A stretch of 64,000 nucleotides of DNA from Candidatus Enterousia sp. (GCA_045614665.1 JAZLDI010000013.1:6642-70641); one strand, 5' to 3'; shown: positions 31,094-41,696, counted from the stretch's first letter. Program-made: numbers and translations. Notes: generated by a model not told the origin, from the sequence alone.

Positions 31094-31561
31094 TTATTCT
31101 GCGACGGTTGCATCGGTCGGTTCTGGCTGGTGCATTTTGTGTTTAAATGCTTTGAATTCTGTCTTGTCAACACAGCCATCCGCATTAATATCAATTTCCG
31201 CCATTTTTTCCATCATCTTTGGACACTTTACCACCAAGCATCCATTATCATCAAATTGTGGACGTGGCATCTTGTTGTGTTTTTTGCATGGGATAACCTT
31301 TGCAGCTGCAAATCCCAATGCGAAAAATACCAACATTACAATGAATTTTTTCCAGAAACCACAGTGGTGATGTTTGCATTCACAATTGCCACCGCATGGG
31401 CAACCTTTGTCACATCCACATGCGTGTGTTTCCACGACCGGCGCGACAACTTTTAATTCAGGGGTCTTTTTTGCAACCGCTTTTTTAACGGGTGCTTTCT
31501 TTGTAACTGTTTTCTTAGTGGTTGTTTTCTTTACAACTTTTTTTGTTGTTTTTTCTGCCAT
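31094..31561 (-). CDS. Hypothetical single-pass membrane protein: K/T-rich N-terminus, Cys/His cluster, TM, canonical EF-hand loop
   Basis: 'HACGCDKGCPCGGNCECKHHHC', TM 'FIVMLVFFALGFAAAKVI', EF-hand 'DINADGCVDKTE'. Confidence 0.55.
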   Translation of the reverse strand: MAEKTTKKVVKKTTTKKTVTKKAPVKKAVAKKTPELKVVAPVVETHACGCDKGCPCGGNCECKHHHCGFWKKFIVMLVFFALGFAAAKVIPCKKHNKMPRPQFDDNGCLVVKCPKMMEKMAEIDINADGCVDKTEFKAFKHKMHQPEPTDATVAE

Positions 31562-31633
31562 TTGTCCTTTCCTTTGGTTGTTGACGCTTTGATTGTATTC
31601 AATAATTTTTTTGTTGTAAAGATTTTTTTGAAC

Positions 31634-33157
31634 TTATTTTACACCGTATTTGCCACGATTGATTGGGCGATATGACAACGCCTCTGCCAGATCGGACATT
31701 TCGATATCTGCCGCCCCGCGCAGGTCTGCAATTGTTCGCGCCAATCGCTTGATACGATTATATCCACGTGCCGACATCCCCATTTTTTCTGCCGCGGTAT
31801 TCAAGAAATTTGTTAAGTCATCCGTCAGTGGTGCAAATTGTTCCAATTCCGGCCCGTCCAGGGTCGCATTAACGTGCCCCTGGCGTGCGATTTGTCGGTT
31901 GCGCGCGGCAACAACACGTGCGCGAATTTGTGTACTTGTTTCGCGTGGTGTGTTATCTTCATTGTTCATTTCCCAGGGATTTACTGCGTCGACATCGACG
32001 TGTAAATCAATTCGGTCCAACAGTGGGCCGGAAATTTTATTTTGATATGCCTCGGCGCATCGTGGGGCGCGCGAACAAGACAGCGCCGCATTTCCCAGGT
32101 GTCCGCATGGACACGGATTCATTGCCGCGATTAATTGAAAGCGCGCCGGGTACGTCGCATTGCGACGTGCCCGTGAAATTAAAATTTTACCGCTTTCCAT
32201 TGGCTGGCGCAGAATTTCAAGTGTTGCACGATTAAATTCTGGTAATTCGTCCAAGAACAAAACACCATTATGCGCCAACGATATTTCGCCGGGTCTGGCA
32301 TCTGAACTGCCTCCGGCCAGGGCGACCGGGCTTGATGTGTGGTGAACACTGCGGAATGGGCGCGATGACATCAGGCTTTTGTTATCTAGTTGACCTGCAA
32401 TAGAATAAATAATAGAAGTTTCCAAGATTTCTTCGGCGGTCATTTCCGGCAGAATTGTTGACAACCGTGACGCCAACATGGTTTTTCCAGACCCCGGGGG
32501 ACCGACCATAAGCATCGCGTGCCCACCCGCCGCCGCGATTTCCAAGGCGCGTTTCGCCGCGGCCTGACCGTGAACATCAGACATATCAATTGTATATTTC
32601 TGTGGGGTTCCATCCCCGGATACAGCATCGGGTAATGTCAGTTGTGATGTGCCATTAAAATGATTTATCAATTCCAGGACGTGAAACGGTGCCAAAATAT
32701 CATCATGCCCGGACAAACGTGCCTCGCCCCCCTGGGGGCCTGGGCATATAAGTCCCAAACCATTCTGTTTGCCCCAGACACCTGCGGGTAAAACCGCATC
32801 GGTTTTTACAATTGCGCCGTTCAAACCAACTTCGCCCAGGATAAGGTAGTGCGCCAATTTTTCTTCTGGTAAAACGCCAATTGCACACAAAATTCCGCAC
32901 AATATCGGCAAATCAAAATGCGAACCACTTTTTTCAACGTCCGCCGGCGATAAATTTACGGTCAGTTTTTTTGGTGGTAATGCAATATTTAATGCTGCTA
33001 AAACATTCAATATACGTTCGGCAGATTCTTTGACAGCCCGATCCGCCAGGCCGATAATATTAAACTCTGATTTTGCAAAACCATTAGACAGCTGAACCTG
33101 GACATCAATGCGCGTGGCATCCATTCCGCTAAAAATTATTGAATTTAATGATATCAT
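31634..33157 (-). CDS. comM: YifB/ComM family Mg-chelatase-like AAA+ ATPase
   Basis: 'GPPGSGKTM', 'NGVLFLDELPEF', 'FQLIAAMNPCPCG', 'SARGYNRIKRLARTIADL'. Confidence 0.9.
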   Translation of the reverse strand: MISLNSIIFSGMDATRIDVQVQLSNGFAKSEFNIIGLADRAVKESAERILNVLAALNIALPPKKLTVNLSPADVEKSGSHFDLPILCGILCAIGVLPEEKLAHYLILGEVGLNGAIVKTDAVLPAGVWGKQNGLGLICPGPQGGEARLSGHDDILAPFHVLELINHFNGTSQLTLPDAVSGDGTPQKYTIDMSDVHGQAAAKRALEIAAAGGHAMLMVGPPGSGKTMLASRLSTILPEMTAEEILETSIIYSIAGQLDNKSLMSSRPFRSVHHTSSPVALAGGSSDARPGEISLAHNGVLFLDELPEFNRATLEILRQPMESGKILISRARRNATYPARFQLIAAMNPCPCGHLGNAALSCSRAPRCAEAYQNKISGPLLDRIDLHVDVDAVNPWEMNNEDNTPRETSTQIRARVVAARNRQIARQGHVNATLDGPELEQFAPLTDDLTNFLNTAAEKMGMSARGYNRIKRLARTIADLRGAADIEMSDLAEALSYRPINRGKYGVK

Positions 33158-33227
33158 AAGCGCATATTATAACTTGCTTTAATAGATTTCAAGGTCTAAA
33201 ATACCCCACATCAAGAAAGGATATGTA

Positions 33228-34181
33228 ATGCCCGCAAAAAGTAAAAATGTCGCACGTGAATGGTTTAATACAATATTCTATGGGGCACTAATCGCAATCG
33301 TTTTTCGCAGTTTGTTATTGGAACCATTTAATATTCCGTCTGGGTCTATGATTCCAACACTGCATGTGGGCGATCATATCTTTGTGACCAAATGGTCGTA
33401 TGGTTATTCGCGTTATTCATTCCCATTTGGTTCGTGGAAATTATGGAATGGGCGGTTCTGGGCAACTGAACCGGAAATTGGCGATGTTATCGTTTTCAGA
33501 AACCCGGTCGATGAATCCCAGGATTATGTTAAACGCTTGATTGGCAAGCCCGGTGACAAGGTTCAGATGATAAACGGACGCCTGCACATAAACGGCGAGC
33601 AGATTAAACGTGAAAATCCACGCCCATATGTTTGGGCAACATTCCCGACCGAACCAAAGCGCGGCAAATATCAAAATGGCAAATTCGAAATTGACGGCAA
33701 TAAAATATATGTTGATAATAAACCAGCTGAATTTAACTATACGATCCAATACAGCCCAATGTGTAGCAACCAATACAAACGTGTAATAAACCTGTATGAT
33801 GGGCCAAATGGGGAAAATTTGCCAGCATCAGAGGGCAATTGGAAACCATCAGATATACCATGCGGTATATTCATTATGACCGAATATACCGAAACATTAC
33901 CTAATGGCATCACGCATAGTATTATTGAAACATCTGATAATGAGCATTATTCAGATAATACGCCGGTCTATACTGTGCCAGAAAATCATTTCTTTTTTAT
34001 GGGCGACAACCGCGACAACAGTGCTGACAGCCGTATGTATATTGGATTTGTTCCACGTGACAATGTGCTGGGGCACGTTTGGTTTACGTGGTATTCGCAT
34101 AACTATTATGCGCCAATGTTGGCAATATGGTCATGGGGTGACAAAATGCGCTGGGGCCGATTTGGAATGGGTGTAAAATAA
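33228..34181 (+). CDS. lepB: Signal peptidase I
   Basis: 'PSGSMIPTL', 'GDHIFV', 'YVKRLIGKPGD', 'FMGDNRDNSADSR'. Confidence 0.92.
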   Translation: MPAKSKNVAREWFNTIFYGALIAIVFRSLLLEPFNIPSGSMIPTLHVGDHIFVTKWSYGYSRYSFPFGSWKLWNGRFWATEPEIGDVIVFRNPVDESQDYVKRLIGKPGDKVQMINGRLHINGEQIKRENPRPYVWATFPTEPKRGKYQNGKFEIDGNKIYVDNKPAEFNYTIQYSPMCSNQYKRVINLYDGPNGENLPASEGNWKPSDIPCGIFIMTEYTETLPNGITHSIIETSDNEHYSDNTPVYTVPENHFFFMGDNRDNSADSRMYIGFVPRDNVLGHVWFTWYSHNYYAPMLAIWSWGDKMRWGRFGMGVK

Positions 34182-34182
34182 T

Positions 34183-34818
34183 ATGGAAAAATTAAACTAT
34201 ACTTTTAAAAATCAATTGTTGTTGGATTTGGCGCTGACCCAGAGTGGGGCGGATGCCACAAATAATAACGAACGCTTGGAATTTATTGGCGATCGCGTGT
34301 TGGGCCTGGTTGTGGCGGAATTGCTTTACAAAATGTTCCCGACCGAGCCCGAAGGCCACCTTGCGCGACGTCATGCCTTGCTGGTGTCAGCAAAAACGTT
34401 GGCAAATGTTGCAATGCGATTGGGCTTGCATAAACAAATTCGTCATGGGCATTTAACGGGCGGACGCTTGCAACATATCTTGGCCGACGCAATGGAAGCG
34501 GTTCTGGGGGCGATATTTATCGACAGTGGTTGGCGGGCCGCGCGTGCGGTTGTAACGGAAATATGGACCGAATTAGCGCGTGAGAATGTTGTAGCACCAA
34601 AGGATCCGAAAACCAAATTACAAGAATATGTTCAGAAAAACGATAACGGGGCATTGCCGATTTACAATTACCTGACACCACAGGGGGAATCGCATTGCCC
34701 AGAATTTGTTGTTCGTGTTACAGCGATGGGCAAAACGACCGAGGGGCGTGGGCAATCTAAAAAAGCGGCCAGTATTGCTGCCGCTGATGAAATGCTGAAA
34801 GTCCTTGCAATTTCATAA
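34183..34818 (+). CDS. rnc: Ribonuclease III
   Basis: 'NERLEFIGDRVLG' signature. C-terminal dsRBD 'GQSKKAASIAAADEML'. Confidence 0.92.
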   Translation: MEKLNYTFKNQLLLDLALTQSGADATNNNERLEFIGDRVLGLVVAELLYKMFPTEPEGHLARRHALLVSAKTLANVAMRLGLHKQIRHGHLTGGRLQHILADAMEAVLGAIFIDSGWRAARAVVTEIWTELARENVVAPKDPKTKLQEYVQKNDNGALPIYNYLTPQGESHCPEFVVRVTAMGKTTEGRGQSKKAASIAAADEMLKVLAIS

Positions 34819-34861
34819 ATGGACCTATAAAATCAAGACAACACAAGCCAAAGGATAAAGT

Positions 34862-35191
34862 ATGTTTTCAATTTTACTGGTTTTATTAATAATCGTAGCA
34901 GTATTTATGATTGGAATTATTTTGTTGCAGAAATCAGAGGGGTCGGGGATGTCGGGTTCATCTGCGGCGTCTATGTTTGGTGGCGCATTGACGGGCGCGG
35001 CGGCTGGTAATTTCTTGACGCGTGCGACGGCATGGTTGGCGACATTGTTCTTTATATTATGTGCGGCATTGGCATTGGTTGCAGCCAAGACAGATATGAC
35101 AACACAACAAAGCCACCTGCGCCAGGAAATTATAGAGCAGGGCGCAACCGCCCCAGCACAAACGCCGGCCGAAACCCCATCCGAGAAATAA
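34862..35191 (+). CDS. secG: Preprotein translocase subunit SecG
   Basis: 'IGIILLQKSEGSGM' and a second TM 'ATAWLATLFFILCAALALV'. Confidence 0.85.
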   Translation: MFSILLVLLIIVAVFMIGIILLQKSEGSGMSGSSAASMFGGALTGAAAGNFLTRATAWLATLFFILCAALALVAAKTDMTTQQSHLRQEIIEQGATAPAQTPAETPSEK

Positions 35192-35219
35192 AAATACCCG
35201 CCATTTGGCGGGATTTTTT
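35190..35219. terminator. Bidirectional intrinsic terminator
   Basis: 'AAAAATACCCGCC-ATTT-GGCGGGATTTTTT'. Confidence 0.75.
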
Positions 35220-36378
35220 ATGCGTATCTGCCGGCAACGTGGCCACTGGCCCATGCCCAGTGCAGGTTGAAACCACCCAAATCACCCGATATATCCAATG
35301 CTTCGCCCACTAAAAACAGTCCCGGGCATAATTTTGATTCCATTGTCTTGGACGAGATTTGATCGGTTGATACGCCGCCGCGAACGATTTCCGCACTTTG
35401 CATATTGTGTAATTTTATATCCTGTGATTGAATTTGTGTTTTATTAATATGGTCGGCAATTGCGCGAATTTCCGCGTCCCGCCAATCTGCGATATTTCGC
35501 ATATCGTTGTTTGAAAAATATTTGGCAATACGTACCGGCAAATATTCAGATAATACGGTTGCTATATTACGTTTCCCGTTTATTTGTTTTGCGTTTCTAA
35601 GTGCGCTAAAAATATCCACGCCCGGGCACAAATTGATTGTTAAACCATTCGATAAGTCACGAACACTGGCACGATAAACGGCCGGTCCACCAATGCCAAA
35701 GTGCGTAAATAACATATCGTCTTGAATTTTTTCACGTCCCATCGTAATTTCGACCGGTATAGAAATACCTGCAAAATCCGCTCCAAATATCGATACCGCC
35801 ATTGCGCACAGGGCGGGGCGCACCGGTACAATTTTGTGTCCGAATGATTTTGCTATTTTGTATCCTGTGTCTGATACCCCCAACGTTCCAAAAGACGTCC
35901 CGCCCGTTGCAATAATCAAAGAATCTGCGCAAAATTTGGCACCATTTGCGATAACGATAAATTGATTGTCGTCCCGAGTTGCCGATTCCACGGTATGATT
36001 ATATTTTATATCCGCCCCCATTGCATCATGAATCAGCGCATCGACAACCATGGCCGCGCCATCGACACAGAAATATCGACCGGGTTCTTTCTCATAAAGT
36101 CTGATTTTGTGTTTTTCACACCATTGCAAGATGTCTGTCGGTCTAACACGACTTAATGCGCCACGCACAAAATTTGGATTTTCACCAAAGTATCGCGTGA
36201 CCCCAACGGCTGTATTCGTAATATTGCATTTTCCGCCACCGGATGCGGCCACCTTGCGCGCAGGTGCGGCGCCCATATCCAGCACCAATACCCGTCGACC
36301 ACGTGCGACCAGTTCTCCCGCCGCTGTCAATCCAGCTGCCCCCGCACCAATAATGATTACGTCATAATGTTTCATCAC
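35218..36378 (-). CDS. HI0933/YhiN-family FAD-dependent oxidoreductase (BaiN-like)
   Basis: 'YDVIIIGAGAAGL', 'KVAASGGGKCNITN', 'LFLVGEALDISGDLGGFNLHWAWASG'. Confidence 0.8.
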   Translation of the reverse strand: MMKHYDVIIIGAGAAGLTAAGELVARGRRVLVLDMGAAPARKVAASGGGKCNITNTAVGVTRYFGENPNFVRGALSRVRPTDILQWCEKHKIRLYEKEPGRYFCVDGAAMVVDALIHDAMGADIKYNHTVESATRDDNQFIVIANGAKFCADSLIIATGGTSFGTLGVSDTGYKIAKSFGHKIVPVRPALCAMAVSIFGADFAGISIPVEITMGREKIQDDMLFTHFGIGGPAVYRASVRDLSNGLTINLCPGVDIFSALRNAKQINGKRNIATVLSEYLPVRIAKYFSNNDMRNIADWRDAEIRAIADHINKTQIQSQDIKLHNMQSAEIVRGGVSTDQISSKTMESKLCPGLFLVGEALDISGDLGGFNLHWAWASGHVAGRYA

Positions 36379-36439
36379 ATAATTAATTTTATATTACGGT
36401 ATATTGTTTTGCAAATTTCAAAAAGATAATTTTTCCCAC

Positions 36440-36468
36440 TTGCAATTAAATTTATGATTCTATATAAT
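36440..36468 (+). promoter_or_regulatory. Sigma-70-type promoter for tRNA-Ser
   Basis: TTGCAA-17 nt-TATAAT, ending 17 nt upstream of the tRNA 5' end. Confidence 0.6.
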
Positions 36469-36485
36469 ACCCAACGCAACCACAC

Positions 36486-36573
36486 GGAGCGTTGGCAGAG
36501 TGGTAATGCAGCAGATTGCTAATCTGTGACCGGTATTATCGGTCCATAGGTTCGAGTCCTATACGCTCCGCCA
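36486..36573 (+). tRNA. tRNA-Ser (anticodon GCU), CCA encoded
   Basis: Acceptor GGAGCGT/ACGCTCC, anticodon loop TTGCTAA, long variable arm 'GACCGGTATTATCGGTCC', T-arm ATAGG-TTCGAGT-CCTAT, then G-CCA. Confidence 0.9.
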
Positions 36574-36582
36574 TAAAAATTC

Positions 36583-36606
36583 AACCGACCATCTGGTCGG
36601 TTTTTC
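36583..36606 (+). terminator. Intrinsic terminator after tRNA-Ser
   Basis: 'AACCGACC-ATCT-GGTCGGTTTTT'. Confidence 0.7.
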
Positions 36607-36782
36607 TTTGTCTTGACTTTGCGGTGTATGTTGTGCCACAATCGTGGTGATATGACAATACGTTTTATTAACTTTTACTGTTGTTGTTAATTGTTGCATT
36701 TTTTTCGCAAACTGATTTTGTTTGCATTTAAATAACCTGTTTACTAAACTTTACACATAAAATTAACAAAGGAAGAACGCAT

Positions 36783-38201
36783 ATGACAATAAGACTGTAT
36801 AACACGATGAGTCGCAAAGTAGAAGAATTTAAACCACTGGTTCCGGGCAAGATGGGCTTTTATTCGTGTGGTCCAACGGTCTATTGGGATGCGCACATCG
36901 GTAATATGCGTACATTCGTTAATAATGATATTATCAAGCGCGTGTTTATTGAAAATGGTTACGATGTCACACACGTAACAAATATCACAGACGTTGGCCA
37001 CCTTACCAGTGACGAAGACGATGGTGATGACAAAATGGAAAAAGGGGCCGCCCGTGAAAATGTGTCTGTGTGGGATATTGCAAAAAAGTACACGGATGCG
37101 TTTTTGAATGATGCAGACCTGTTGAATATCATTCGTCCGACGTTTTTACCGCGTGCAACGGATCATATTGCAGAACAAATTGCCCTGGTCCAGGAGTTGG
37201 AAAAGATGGGTTATACTTATGAAATTCCGGGTAATGGGATTTACTATGACACGTCGCGTTTTGTGGCTTATGGTGCGCTGGGCGGGCAAAATCTATCAGA
37301 GTTACGGGGTGGTGCACGTATTGATGATACTGGCAAACGTAATCCAACCGATTTTGCATTATGGAAATTTTCTCCAACAGATGCCAAGCGCGCAATGGAA
37401 TGGGACAGTCCCTGGGGTATTGGTTTCCCAGGCTGGCATATAGAATGCAGCGCAATGAGTATGAAATACCTGGGACAACATTTTGATATTCATACCGGCG
37501 GCCAAGAACATACCAAAGTTCACCATACAAATGAAATTGCCCAGGCGGAACCAATTGTTGGAAATCCATGGGTGTCATACTGGGTGCATTATGCGTGGTT
37601 GCTGCTAAAAGACGGGAAAATGTCAAAATCGGCGGGTACGGCATATACAGTCCGTAATCTTATAGAACGAGGCTATGATCCAATGGCGTTCAGATATCTG
37701 TTGTTACAGGGGCATTATCGTCAGCCACTGGAATTTTCGTTTGAATCCTTGGATGCGGCGGCAAATGGATACAAAAACATTGTTCGTCGTGTTGCAGATA
37801 TTCTGTCGGATACGGCGTGTGGCGACGTTGATGGTGCGGTTTATAACATGTGGCACGATAAAATTTTAGCACCGGCATCTGATAACTTTAAAACAGCAGA
37901 ATCTTTGGTTGTTGTCCAAGAGTTGTTAAAGGACACATCTGTCAATCCAGCGACTAAAATTGCATTGTTTGAATTTATTGACCGCCTGTTGGGGGCGCAA
38001 TTTATTGACCGCGCAAAGAAACTGATTGCGCTGGAATCGGAATCGGCACCGGCTGAAATTGTTGCGTTGGCCGAATCTCGCGCCCTGGCAAAGGCGGCCA
38101 AGGATTGGGCAACCGCAGATGCATTGAGAGCTGAAATTGATGCGGCGGGTTGGTCGGTTTTGGATTCCAAGGACGGATATAAAATCGTCAAAAAGGCATA
38201 A
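36783..38201 (+). CDS. cysS: Cysteinyl-tRNA synthetase
   Basis: HIGH-type 'AHIGNMRT', 'KMSKS', 'GFPGWHIECS'. Confidence 0.93.
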   Translation: MTIRLYNTMSRKVEEFKPLVPGKMGFYSCGPTVYWDAHIGNMRTFVNNDIIKRVFIENGYDVTHVTNITDVGHLTSDEDDGDDKMEKGAARENVSVWDIAKKYTDAFLNDADLLNIIRPTFLPRATDHIAEQIALVQELEKMGYTYEIPGNGIYYDTSRFVAYGALGGQNLSELRGGARIDDTGKRNPTDFALWKFSPTDAKRAMEWDSPWGIGFPGWHIECSAMSMKYLGQHFDIHTGGQEHTKVHHTNEIAQAEPIVGNPWVSYWVHYAWLLLKDGKMSKSAGTAYTVRNLIERGYDPMAFRYLLLQGHYRQPLEFSFESLDAAANGYKNIVRRVADILSDTACGDVDGAVYNMWHDKILAPASDNFKTAESLVVVQELLKDTSVNPATKIALFEFIDRLLGAQFIDRAKKLIALESESAPAEIVALAESRALAKAAKDWATADALRAEIDAAGWSVLDSKDGYKIVKKA

Positions 38202-38290
38202 TTTCCCAAAATAAAAAAATAATAAAAATCGGTTGAAATTGGGGTAATATTGGTGTATATTACCCCGCGTAATTACAAGAGGAATTTTCC

Positions 38291-38839
38291 ATGAACTATC
38301 CATATATGCCAAAATCTACAGCCTTGTGGCTAATTGAAAATACTGCATTGACATTTGAACAAATTGCGGATTTCTGCGGCTTGCATGAACTTGAGGTAAA
38401 AAGTATCGCTGATGCAGAAACATATAAAATTCAACCATTAAATCCAATCTTAAGCGGTCAATTAACACGCGAAGATATCGAAAAATGTGAAGCGGATGCG
38501 TCTGCGCGTCTGACATTGCGTGATGAAATTGTCGCTGCTCAGAACAAACAGAACAAGCGTGGTGTTGGTTATACGCCAAAATTACATCGTCAAAATCGTT
38601 TGGGTGGAATCTTGTGGATTTTGAAAAATTATCCAGAATTATCAGATGGCCAGGTTGCACGCCTGATGCGCAGCACGAACCCAACGGTTGCATCGGTTCG
38701 CAACAAAACACACAGTTCATATTCTTTGATTCAGATTCAAAGTCCGATTGTATTGGGGTTGGTTTCTGAGTCTGCAATTCATGATGCTGTAGCCAAGGCA
38801 CAACGTGCGGCCAGCAAACCTACAAAAAAGAAGAAATAA
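38291..38839 (+). CDS. DUF1013-family protein (alphaproteobacterial, TrcR-like)
   Basis: N-terminus 'MPKSTALWLIENTALTFEQIADFCGLHELEVKSIADAE' matches my recollection of the DUF1013 family. Not searched. Confidence 0.6.
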   Translation: MNYPYMPKSTALWLIENTALTFEQIADFCGLHELEVKSIADAETYKIQPLNPILSGQLTREDIEKCEADASARLTLRDEIVAAQNKQNKRGVGYTPKLHRQNRLGGILWILKNYPELSDGQVARLMRSTNPTVASVRNKTHSSYSLIQIQSPIVLGLVSESAIHDAVAKAQRAASKPTKKKK

Positions 38840-38879
38840 TAAATATAATCAACCCATTAACACACGCAAAGGTTAATTG

Positions 38880-40961
38880 ATGGTAAAAAAACTGGACGAA
38901 GCAACAAGACTGTTAATCGAGTCTTTGCCAGAAAATTTGCAAAAGTTGGCTGAAACTGCCATAGAAGTCGGCTATATGTCCCAAATGGATTTTGCCGCTG
39001 CTACCGCTGCAGACGAGGTTCCTGACGAAGAGCAGGACGAGGTTTTGGATTTCTTTCAGCAGGACCTGGGACTTGAGGTTCTGGAAACAGACAATTATGC
39101 ACGTGATTTGGACAAATATTATGATGACGATGATTCTGATGAGCCACGCGATAAAACACGTAATTTGTTAAACGCCGATGCCGAACAGGTTGACGTCAGT
39201 GACGATGACTATGAGCATTATGCCAAACAGCTAGAGCGTAGCCAGACTGGTTCTCTAGTGTTGGGGGTTCAGGATTCAGTTCAGTCTTATTTGAAACAAA
39301 TTGGTACGGTTCAACTGTTGACAGCTGCGGGCGAGGTTGCAATTGCCCAGCGTATAGAGGCTGCATCCCGTTTAATGGTCTATGGTCTGTGCGAAAGTCC
39401 GATGACAATTCAGGCTATGCTGGATTGGTATCAACAGTTATTAAATGAAGATATTCGTTTGCGCTATATCGTTAATCTAGAAGTGATGTATTCCAGTGAA
39501 TCCGAACAAAAATCCCTGGCGGCACTGTCTGAGGCTCTGAAATCCAAGGGGGTCGAGCATGTTGATGAACTGGACGATGACGATTTAGATGATTTGGCAG
39601 ATGCCACCGTTGACGAAGAAGATGAAGAAGAGCTCGACGACGAAGAAGACGGTATCAAAAAGGAAGATACACCACGCAGTACATCTGGTGTGCCAATCCC
39701 TGTTATGGAAGAAGCCTTGATGCCAATGGTCACGGAACTATTTGCTAAGATAAAGCGTATATTTAACAGTATGCAAAAATTACAGGCGAAACGTTTGGAG
39801 AATTTGTTAGTGTCCGATACCCCGGATGCTGCCCTGGAAAAGAAATACAACAAAATGCGCTTGGAATTGTTTGAACATGTTAGCAAGATCCGCCTGAATG
39901 ATGATCGTGTTGCCGAAATTTTGGAACAATTAACCAAGCGAGATCAACTGTTGATGGGGCTTGAGGGGAAATTGTTGCGTCTGGCAATGGCGAACAAGGT
40001 TAAACGCGAAGATTTCTTGGCTGAATATGCTGGCAATGAATTGAATCGCAACTGGGTTAAAAAGTTGGCCAAGCACAAAAATACGGTATGGTCTAACTTT
40101 GCCAAGAAACATGAAAAAGATATCTTAAAGATTCAAGAAGATATCACGGCAATCGCAACCGAAACCGGTCAGCCAACAACCGAGTATAAAAAGGTTGTTG
40201 AATTGGTTCGTCGTGGCCAGGCCGAGGCCGCCCGTGCCAAACGCGAAATGATAGAGGCCAACTTACGTTTGGTTATCAAGTTCGCCAAGAAGTCCAGTAA
40301 TCGTGGCTTGGGATTGGATTTCTCGGACCTGGTCCAGGATGGTAACATCGGTTTGATGAAAGCGGTTGATAAATTTGATTATCGTTTGGGGAACAAGTTC
40401 TCTACATATGCCACCAACTGGATTCAACAGGGTATTTCGCGCAGTATCGCCGACCAGGCGCGTACAATCCGCATCCCGGTTCATATGATTGATAATATTC
40501 ACAAGATTCAGCGTGCTACGCGCCAGTTTATGCACAAATATGGTCGCCAGCCAACCGCCGAAGAATTATCCAAGATTATCTATCTGCCGGTGGACAAGAT
40601 TCACAAGGCGATGAAGGTTAACCTGAAACCTATTTCCCTTGAAGCGCCCGTTGGTACCGAGGATGACAGTTCTCGTATCGAAATCATCGCGGATGAAACG
40701 GCGAAAAATCCGTTTACATCGGCTGCGCAAAAGAATTTGCGTAAAATTGTTACACAAATCTTGTCTGAATTGGACCCAAAGGAAGAAACGGTTCTGCGTC
40801 AACGTTTTGGTATGTCAACCAATAAAACCAGCACATTGGAAGAGGTTGGCGAATATATCGGCGTTACACGTGAACGTATCCGCCAGATAGAACAAAAGGC
40901 GTTGAATAAATTAAAACATCCAACGCGTGCACGTAAATTGCGCAGTTTCTTGGAAGATTAA
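38880..40961 (+). CDS. rpoD: RNA polymerase primary sigma factor RpoD
   Basis: Acidic non-conserved region. Region 2 'DLVQDGNIGLMKAVDKFDYRLGNKFSTYATNWIQQ'. Region 4 'TLEEVGEYIGVTRERIRQIEQKAL'. Confidence 0.95.
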   Translation: MVKKLDEATRLLIESLPENLQKLAETAIEVGYMSQMDFAAATAADEVPDEEQDEVLDFFQQDLGLEVLETDNYARDLDKYYDDDDSDEPRDKTRNLLNADAEQVDVSDDDYEHYAKQLERSQTGSLVLGVQDSVQSYLKQIGTVQLLTAAGEVAIAQRIEAASRLMVYGLCESPMTIQAMLDWYQQLLNEDIRLRYIVNLEVMYSSESEQKSLAALSEALKSKGVEHVDELDDDDLDDLADATVDEEDEEELDDEEDGIKKEDTPRSTSGVPIPVMEEALMPMVTELFAKIKRIFNSMQKLQAKRLENLLVSDTPDAALEKKYNKMRLELFEHVSKIRLNDDRVAEILEQLTKRDQLLMGLEGKLLRLAMANKVKREDFLAEYAGNELNRNWVKKLAKHKNTVWSNFAKKHEKDILKIQEDITAIATETGQPTTEYKKVVELVRRGQAEAARAKREMIEANLRLVIKFAKKSSNRGLGLDFSDLVQDGNIGLMKAVDKFDYRLGNKFSTYATNWIQQGISRSIADQARTIRIPVHMIDNIHKIQRATRQFMHKYGRQPTAEELSKIIYLPVDKIHKAMKVNLKPISLEAPVGTEDDSSRIEIIADETAKNPFTSAAQKNLRKIVTQILSELDPKEETVLRQRFGMSTNKTSTLEEVGEYIGVTRERIRQIEQKALNKLKHPTRARKLRSFLED

Positions 40962-41012
40962 CCCCGGCCCACATTTTGTGGGCCATTTTATATAAACAAA
41001 AGGAATGATCGT

Positions 41013-41696
41013 ATGCCATCTGGAAAACTTATTGCCGTCGAAGGGGCCGACAAGGCCGGCAAACACACCCAGGTTATGAATATCGTAAATTATTTGAAAT
41101 CACTTGGAATCCCGGTGCAAACATTGGATTTTCCCCAGTACAAGGCATTCTTTGGTCGCCTTATACGTGATTATTTGAATGGTAAATTTGGGGCAACACG
41201 TGATTTGCCGGCCGAATATACCATGTTACCATATGCGCTTGACCGACAGCAACATACGCCGCTTATCAAACATTGGCTGGATTCAGGCAATTGGGTTGTT
41301 TTGGACAGATACACATACAGTAACGCATTTTCAATTGCAAAAACACCACGCGAACAATGGGATTCAAAAATAGATTTTCTAGAAGACCTGGAATTTACAA
41401 ATATGGGGATGTTGCGACCAGACTATAATATATATTTGTATCTGGATCCGCGCGTTGCATATGAAATGCGCAACACCGGCTTGAAAGAATACCAAAAAGG
41501 CAAGCCCGACATTCATGAGTCTGATTTTCAATTGTTATATGATGTATCAAATGTGTACCGTCATATCGCGTCGCGTAATCCGGGGCAGTGGACGATTGTT
41601 GATGAAATGCGTCCCGATGGCACACGTATGAACATAGAGCAGGTTTTTGACGTTATACGCCCAACAATTGATAACCTGTTACAAAAGAAAAGATAG
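41013..41696 (+). CDS. tmk: Thymidylate kinase family protein
   Basis: P-loop 'IAVEGADKAGKHTQ', 'DRYTYSNAFS'. Divergent LID region. Confidence 0.6.
   Translation: MPSGKLIAVEGADKAGKHTQVMNIVNYLKSLGIPVQTLDFPQYKAFFGRLIRDYLNGKFGATRDLPAEYTMLPYALDRQQHTPLIKHWLDSGNWVVLDRYTYSNAFSIAKTPREQWDSKIDFLEDLEFTNMGMLRPDYNIYLYLDPRVAYEMRNTGLKEYQKGKPDIHESDFQLLYDVSNVYRHIASRNPGQWTIVDEMRPDGTRMNIEQVFDVIRPTIDNLLQKKR

Noticed and set aside
34825-35088. 87-aa ORF antisense to secG
   Set aside because: It is a shadow ORF of the secG gene, which has clear SecG motifs and an RBS.
36744-37001. 85-aa ORF antisense to the cysS start
   Set aside because: It overlaps the cysS 5' end and promoter region, and its translation has no recognisable features.
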